A stretch of DNA of 9,782 bases, taken from the IMG/VR virus record IMGVR_UViG_2582580933_000022; one strand, 5' to 3'. Positions 6,642-9,782 of the stretch are shown one piece after another. Position 1 is the first letter of the stretch. Every line of letters begins with the position of its first letter. Below the pieces are notes generated by a model. It was not told the DNA's origin and did not search any database. It saw only the letters and a list, made by a program, of their open reading frames with translations. The position numbers and the translations under genes were made by a program. The stretch comes from a virus. Taxonomy: Duplodnaviria; Heunggongvirae; Uroviricota; Caudoviricetes.

Positions 6642-6837
6642 GGCGCACCCCCTGACGAATACGGGCGGCGAATACCATCACGCAGCCAGCCGGGGATTGC
6701 TGGCGTGCTTCCTGTTCGCTGGTGGCCTCAATGGTAATCACGCGCGGCTGTGCCGTGCTCAGGGCGATAAAACGCCAGATGTATTTACTTAGGTTGTGCG
6801 AGTCCCGCCCTTGCGGGTGTATGGTATGATTTCTCAT
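6631..6837 (-). CDS. hypothetical protein, 68 aa; candidate first gene of the early operon
   Basis: This is the last 68 codons of the 399-aa ORF in the track. ATG 6837 with GAGG SD 5 nt upstream; stop/start overlap with the next gene (ATGTGCAATAA). The rest of the 399-aa frame is judged spurious. Confidence 0.4.
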   Translation of the reverse strand: MRNHTIHPQGRDSHNLSKYIWRFIALSTAQPRVITIEATSEQEARQQSPAGCVMVFAARIRQGVRHVQ

Positions 6838-6933
6838 AGCTGCCTCGATAATCTTGCTATCGTTGGTGGTTAGAAGCCCTGCGAGTGCTAACGACACTTG
6901 TGGGGCTTTGCTTTTTACTGTACCTACTGATAT

Positions 6934-6977
6934 TGTACGTACGTAACAGCAATGATAATAGGAGTTACGTACGTACA
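6934..6977. promoter_or_regulatory. operator: perfect 14-bp inverted repeat TGTACGTACGTAAC (6934-6947) / GTTACGTACGTACA (6964-6977), 16-bp spacer, overlapping the RBS and ATG of the RHH gene
   Basis: Seen directly; each arm contains the self-complementary core GTACGTAC. Candidate sigma70 elements TTGCTT (6908-6913), 17-bp spacer, TATTGT (6931-6936) sit just upstream on the plus strand. The region is also the divergent intergenic for the minus-strand early operon. Confidence 0.6.
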
Positions 6978-7168
6978 TGTCAACATTAAAGCGCGATAAA
7001 TCGCCACGCGGTGAGGGATGGTCTCCAACCTTCCAAATCAGAATCAGTAAAGAGCTACGCCAACAAGTAAATGAGGCGGCAACTTCTGACGGTCTAACCC
7101 TTGGTAACTGGTTTAAAGAATTAGCTAGGGCAGAACTAAAGCGGCGCGGCATTGAACCAAAAGGATAA
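6977..7168 (+). CDS. ribbon-helix-helix (Arc/MetJ/CopG-type) DNA-binding protein, 63 aa
   Basis: Segment FQIRISKELRQQVNEAATSDGLTLGNWFKELARAEL has the beta-strand / helix / GxT-turn / helix layout of RHH proteins. ATG 6977 lies inside the right operator arm. AT-rich coding sequence. Confidence 0.6.
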   Translation: MSTLKRDKSPRGEGWSPTFQIRISKELRQQVNEAATSDGLTLGNWFKELARAELKRRGIEPKG

Positions 7169-7195
7169 AAGCAATTTCGTTTAAGGTAACACGAT

Positions 7196-7549
7196 ATGAA
7201 ATACGAATTCTTTGCAACCAGTAGTTCAGGAATGGATGTATATATAGTGACCGTATCCAATGACACTGGGCCTTTAATTATGAAATGTAACTGCGCTGCT
7301 GGTGAGAAGGGGATTTTATGCAGGCATAGAAAAGCTCTTATTACTCGAAAAATTAAAGGTGTTTTTACACCGCCAAGGCGTAACGACCCAGAAAAACTAA
7401 AGGAAGCAATGGACTTAATTGCTGTGTATGGGATCGAAAGAAAGTTAGAATTATACACTGCAGAGTTAGAACAGGCGGAGCAAACATGGTTGATCGTTCG
7501 TTCTGCTATAAAATCCAAGATCAACTCTCTTGTTGAACCCAAAGGCTGA
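7196..7549 (+). CDS. small SWIM zinc-finger domain protein, 117 aa, function unknown
   Basis: Motif VYIVTVSNDTGPLIMKCNCAAGEKGILCRHRKAL matches the SWIM signature CxCx(n)CxH with the conserved upstream hydrophobic strand. AAGGT SD 9 nt upstream; 27-nt gap after the RHH gene; AT-rich like its partner. Confidence 0.55.
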   Translation: MKYEFFATSSSGMDVYIVTVSNDTGPLIMKCNCAAGEKGILCRHRKALITRKIKGVFTPPRRNDPEKLKEAMDLIAVYGIERKLELYTAELEQAEQTWLIVRSAIKSKINSLVEPKG

Positions 7550-7655
7550 CAGCCCACCAGCAAGCCAGCACACTGATCACATTGCCAACCAGCCGCAAAT
7601 GTGGCATTGTTGGCTATGCTCATGCGTTGGGGATAACGTGTAGCTTGTGTCGAGG

Positions 7656-7684
7656 GGCCACCGTAGCGGGTGGCCTTTGTTTTG
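7656..7684 (+). terminator. Rho-independent terminator ending the RHH-SWIM operon
   Basis: GGCCACC-gtagcg-GGTGGCC perfect 7-bp GC-rich stem followed by TTTGTTTT; about 105 nt downstream of the SWIM gene stop. Confidence 0.65.
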
Positions 7685-7834
7685 CCTGTTATCCGGCAAT
7701 TGTGGCGCTTCGCCACACGGTTGATATAATTCCCCTGCACTGATCCATTTTTTTCGCAGCAGGTTAATTGTTCGCAAGGGCGCTCCGGCAACGGGGCGCT
7801 TTTTGTTATGTTCATCGCGTTACGCCTCACACCA

Positions 7835-8041
7835 TTACGCAGCCGTTCCGCGCGCTTCTTCCTCGCGCTCTTTCAGCCAGGCCAGCACTTCATCTTCATA
7901 CCAGCCAACACGACGCAGACCGATTTTGAAGCCTTTCGGGAATTTTCCGGCGTTGATCATGTCCTGTAGCGAACTGTCTGCCTTGATGCGCAGAATATTT
8001 TTTACTTCCTGACGGGTAAGTATTTTTCTGATTGTTTCCAC
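7835..8041 (-). CDS. alpA: AlpA-family prophage transcriptional regulator / excisionase-like HTH protein, 68 aa
   Basis: ILTRQEVKNILRIKADSSLQDMINAGKFPKGFKIGLRRVGWYEDEVLAWL matches the AlpA pattern (compare E. coli AlpA ...ILRLPAVIQKTGMARATIYDWLNPKSPRYDATFPKKRQLGVKSVGWIEAEIDEWL). GTG start at 8041 with GAGGT SD 8 nt upstream; canonical position next to int. Confidence 0.8.
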   Translation of the reverse strand: METIRKILTRQEVKNILRIKADSSLQDMINAGKFPKGFKIGLRRVGWYEDEVLAWLKEREEEARGTAA

Positions 8042-8106
8042 TATGTTTTACCTCGTTAATCCGGCGTATTCCGGTGATAAATACGGTAAAACAGGGCAGG
8101 GCGGGA

Positions 8107-8146
8107 AAAACAGTACCCACCGTTTTAAAACGGTACCCACTGTTTT
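8107..8146. promoter_or_regulatory. two tandem 20-bp repeats AAAACAGTACCCACCGTTTT / AAAACGGTACCCACTGTTTT with strong internal dyad symmetry, 66-105 bp upstream of alpA
   Basis: Seen directly: 18/20 identity between the repeats; the junction forms the perfect 16-bp palindrome ACCGTTTTAAAACGGT, and the outer ends AAAACAGT/ACTGTTTT are also complementary. Candidate regulator-binding site controlling alpA. Confidence 0.5.
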
Positions 8147-8176
8147 TTATCTCATTGATTACGCTTTTCTTTCTGC

Positions 8177-8206
8177 AAAAAAATAGCGACCGCAAAGGGC
8201 CGCTAT
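8177..8206 (-). terminator. Rho-independent terminator downstream of the int-proximal small ORF
   Basis: On the minus strand: stem ATAGCGGCC / loop CTTTGC / GGTCGCTAT (one mismatch) followed by a run of 6-7 T; begins 6 nt after the stop at 8212. Confidence 0.6.
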
Positions 8207-8211
8207 TGTGA

Positions 8212-8442
8212 TTACCGTTTCCACTTCTTAGGTCGCCCACCGCATTTAAGGCTGGTGGGCCTCAGCACCTTGTCGATGCTTTCAGCCAGATTTTTCGATG
8301 CGCCACGCGAGCGTAAAAAACTGACTACCTCGTGTTTTGTGGGGGCTGTTGATTTGTCTTCCGGATCGTATGTTGACCAGAATTCACGATTTGCCATTAA
8401 CGCCAGTTGCAGCCCTTCGCCGTAGGCGGTGGTATTTTGCAT
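8212..8442 (-). CDS. hypothetical protein, 76 aa, basic C-terminal tail (GGRPKKWKR)
   Basis: ATG 8442 but the only SD-like GGAG is 19 nt upstream. A perfect TATAAT (minus strand, plus coordinates 8493-8488) lies upstream and a terminator follows. Coding status uncertain. Confidence 0.35.
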   Translation of the reverse strand: MQNTTAYGEGLQLALMANREFWSTYDPEDKSTAPTKHEVVSFLRSRGASKNLAESIDKVLRPTSLKCGGRPKKWKR

Positions 8443-8540
8443 AATAGAATTTTCATATACTCCGGCCTTGTCGTTAAATTTGTGGCAATTATACGATGGT
8501 TTGGCATGGTTTGCATCGCTTTTACTGGCTTTTTGTACAG

Positions 8541-9782
8541 TTACACGGCACGGATACCCCTTTTACCACTGGCTATGGTCACTCCGGTAGCTGCGGCCTC
8601 TACAAATTCCCCCCACCAGCGCATAAGCACCACGCGCTTTTCCAGGTAGTTACTTCGGTTATATGCTCGCCTTACCTCGTTCGTGTCCACGTGTGCGAGC
8701 GCGGCCTCGATTACGTCCGGCTCGAATCCTTCCTCGTTCGCTGCTGTGCTGAATATGGCGCGTAATCCGTGAGACACCAGCACACCAGCGTAACCCATCC
8801 GGCGCAATGCGGCGTTAGCGGTCTGGCTGCTCATTGGCAGCATCGGGTTTTTAAGGCTGGGAAAAACGTGTTCCCTATGTGCGCTGATTGGCTTCATGGT
8901 TTCCAGTACAGCCATAGCCTGACCGCAAAGGGGGATCACATGGTCACGGCGCATCTTCATGCGTCCGGCTGGAATCGTCCAGGTTTCGGCATCGAGATCT
9001 ATTTCTTCCCAGCGTGCGGCGGCTGCTTCGGCTGGGCGTGCTACGGTCAGCAGTTGCCACTCAATCAGCAATCTGGTTTGCCGTTCTATGCTGGCGACCG
9101 ATAAATCGTGCATTAGCTGCGGTAGCTGTTCCGGTCGGATGGTTGGCATGTGCTTTTTGGTGGGTGAGGGGAATGCCTTGCGGACGTTCGCGGCGGTGTT
9201 GATGTCAATCAGCCCACTGTTGGCAGCAAAATCCATCACTTCATTGATGCGTTGTAAAACGCGTTTCAGGGTTTCCAGGTTGCCGCGTGCTTTAATGGGT
9301 GTGAGTATCTCAACAAAGCGGCGAGCTGTGAGGGTATCTATTGGCGTGTTTCCGATGTACGGGAATACGTATTTTTCCAGGGATCGCCAGATATCCTTAA
9401 TCGTGTTGTAAGCCAGATTCTGGCCTTTTTTCATCTCGTACCAGTCCGAGGCAACTTTTTCGAACGTGTTGCCCTTTTTCCGACTCTCTGCTTCACGTTT
9501 CCGGCGTTCGTGGTCCTGTGGGTCAACTCCCTTCGCTATGAGTGACCTGTATTCATTCCGTCGTTCTCTGGCATCGGACAGGGAAACATCATTCAGCGAT
9601 CCGAGGCTGATGATAGTCCGTTTTTTATCTGCCGGGCGGTAGTACGTAAAACGCCAGATTTTTGATCCGGAGGGTTTCACCAGAAGAAATAATCCTCCAC
9701 CATCCTGCAGGGTGTATTCCTTTTCCCCAGGTCGTGCGTTTTTGATCTCCGTAATGGTTAGTGGGGTGGTTTTTCGTGCCAT
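8541..9782 (-). CDS. int: site-specific tyrosine recombinase, P4-type integrase
   Basis: 413 aa; N-terminal arm-type domain (TLQDGGGLFLLVKPSGSKIWRFTYY...ISLGS...SLSDARERR) and C-terminal catalytic region (HGLRAIFST...ALAHVDTNEVRRAYNRSNYLEKR) typical of P4 / CP4-57 IntA-like integrases. The ATG is bases 9782-9780, the last three bases of the window, so attachment site and any target tRNA are outside it. Confidence 0.9.
   Translation of the reverse strand: MARKTTPLTITEIKNARPGEKEYTLQDGGGLFLLVKPSGSKIWRFTYYRPADKKRTIISLGSLNDVSLSDARERRNEYRSLIAKGVDPQDHERRKREAESRKKGNTFEKVASDWYEMKKGQNLAYNTIKDIWRSLEKYVFPYIGNTPIDTLTARRFVEILTPIKARGNLETLKRVLQRINEVMDFAANSGLIDINTAANVRKAFPSPTKKHMPTIRPEQLPQLMHDLSVASIERQTRLLIEWQLLTVARPAEAAAARWEEIDLDAETWTIPAGRMKMRRDHVIPLCGQAMAVLETMKPISAHREHVFPSLKNPMLPMSSQTANAALRRMGYAGVLVSHGLRAIFSTAANEEGFEPDVIEAALAHVDTNEVRRAYNRSNYLEKRVVLMRWWGEFVEAAATGVTIASGKRGIRAV

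Noticed and set aside
6631-7830. 399-aa ORF on the minus strand spanning the RHH/SWIM region
   Set aside because: It is antisense to two plus-strand genes that have their own SD sequences, operator and terminator. Its translation is Cys/Arg/Ser/Trp-rich and low-complexity, and it crosses an obvious intergenic region with a terminator. Only its last 68 codons (6631-6837), which have an SD and overlap the next early gene, were kept as a tentative CDS.
7577-8240. Minus-strand ORFs 7577..7777 and 7896..8240
   Set aside because: The first lies in the convergent intergenic region containing the plus-strand terminator. The second overlaps alpA out of frame and runs through the alpA upstream repeats and the minus-strand terminator.
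8407-9411. Plus-strand ORFs antisense to the integrase (8407..8649, 8496..8765, 8769..9104, 8959..9411, 9014..9202)
   Set aside because: Nested within the clearly homologous P4-type integrase on the opposite strand; no independent support.
9700-9782. Attachment site / tRNA at the integrase end
   Set aside because: The window ends exactly at the integrase start codon, so any att core or target tRNA would lie beyond position 9782 and cannot be assessed.

Overview
This window reads as the integrase-proximal ~9.8 kb of an integrated phage satellite (PICI / P4-like island) in an enterobacterial-type genome, encoded almost entirely on the minus strand. Right to left: a P4-type tyrosine integrase whose ATG is the last three bases of the window; a small ORF; an AlpA-family regulator; a divergent AT-rich two-gene cassette on the plus strand (ribbon-helix-helix protein + SWIM zinc-finger protein) behind a palindromic operator; an early operon of four small overlapping ORFs running into a 601-aa P4-family replication protein; an iteron origin (9 perfect copies of GGTGAACAG/CTGTTCACC); a small ORF coupled to an SSB with the C-terminal IPF tail; then a compact morphogenesis/packaging operon of lambda gpE-like major capsid protein, gpD-like decoration protein, a second AlpA/Xis-type HTH protein, a lambda-type cos site (exact cosN 12-mer) and a Nu1-like small terminase, followed by the start of a gene that runs off the left edge. 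Two things stand out. First, the satellite carries its own capsid-shell and decoration homologues with cos and TerS but, in this window, no portal, protease, scaffold or large terminase, which suggests capsid remodelling of a lambdoid helper. Second, the RHH + SWIM cassette is unexplained and sits where satellites carry cargo. All calls come from by-eye homology and motif recognition against sequences I remember; no database search or computation was run, and coordinates of short motifs were counted by hand.
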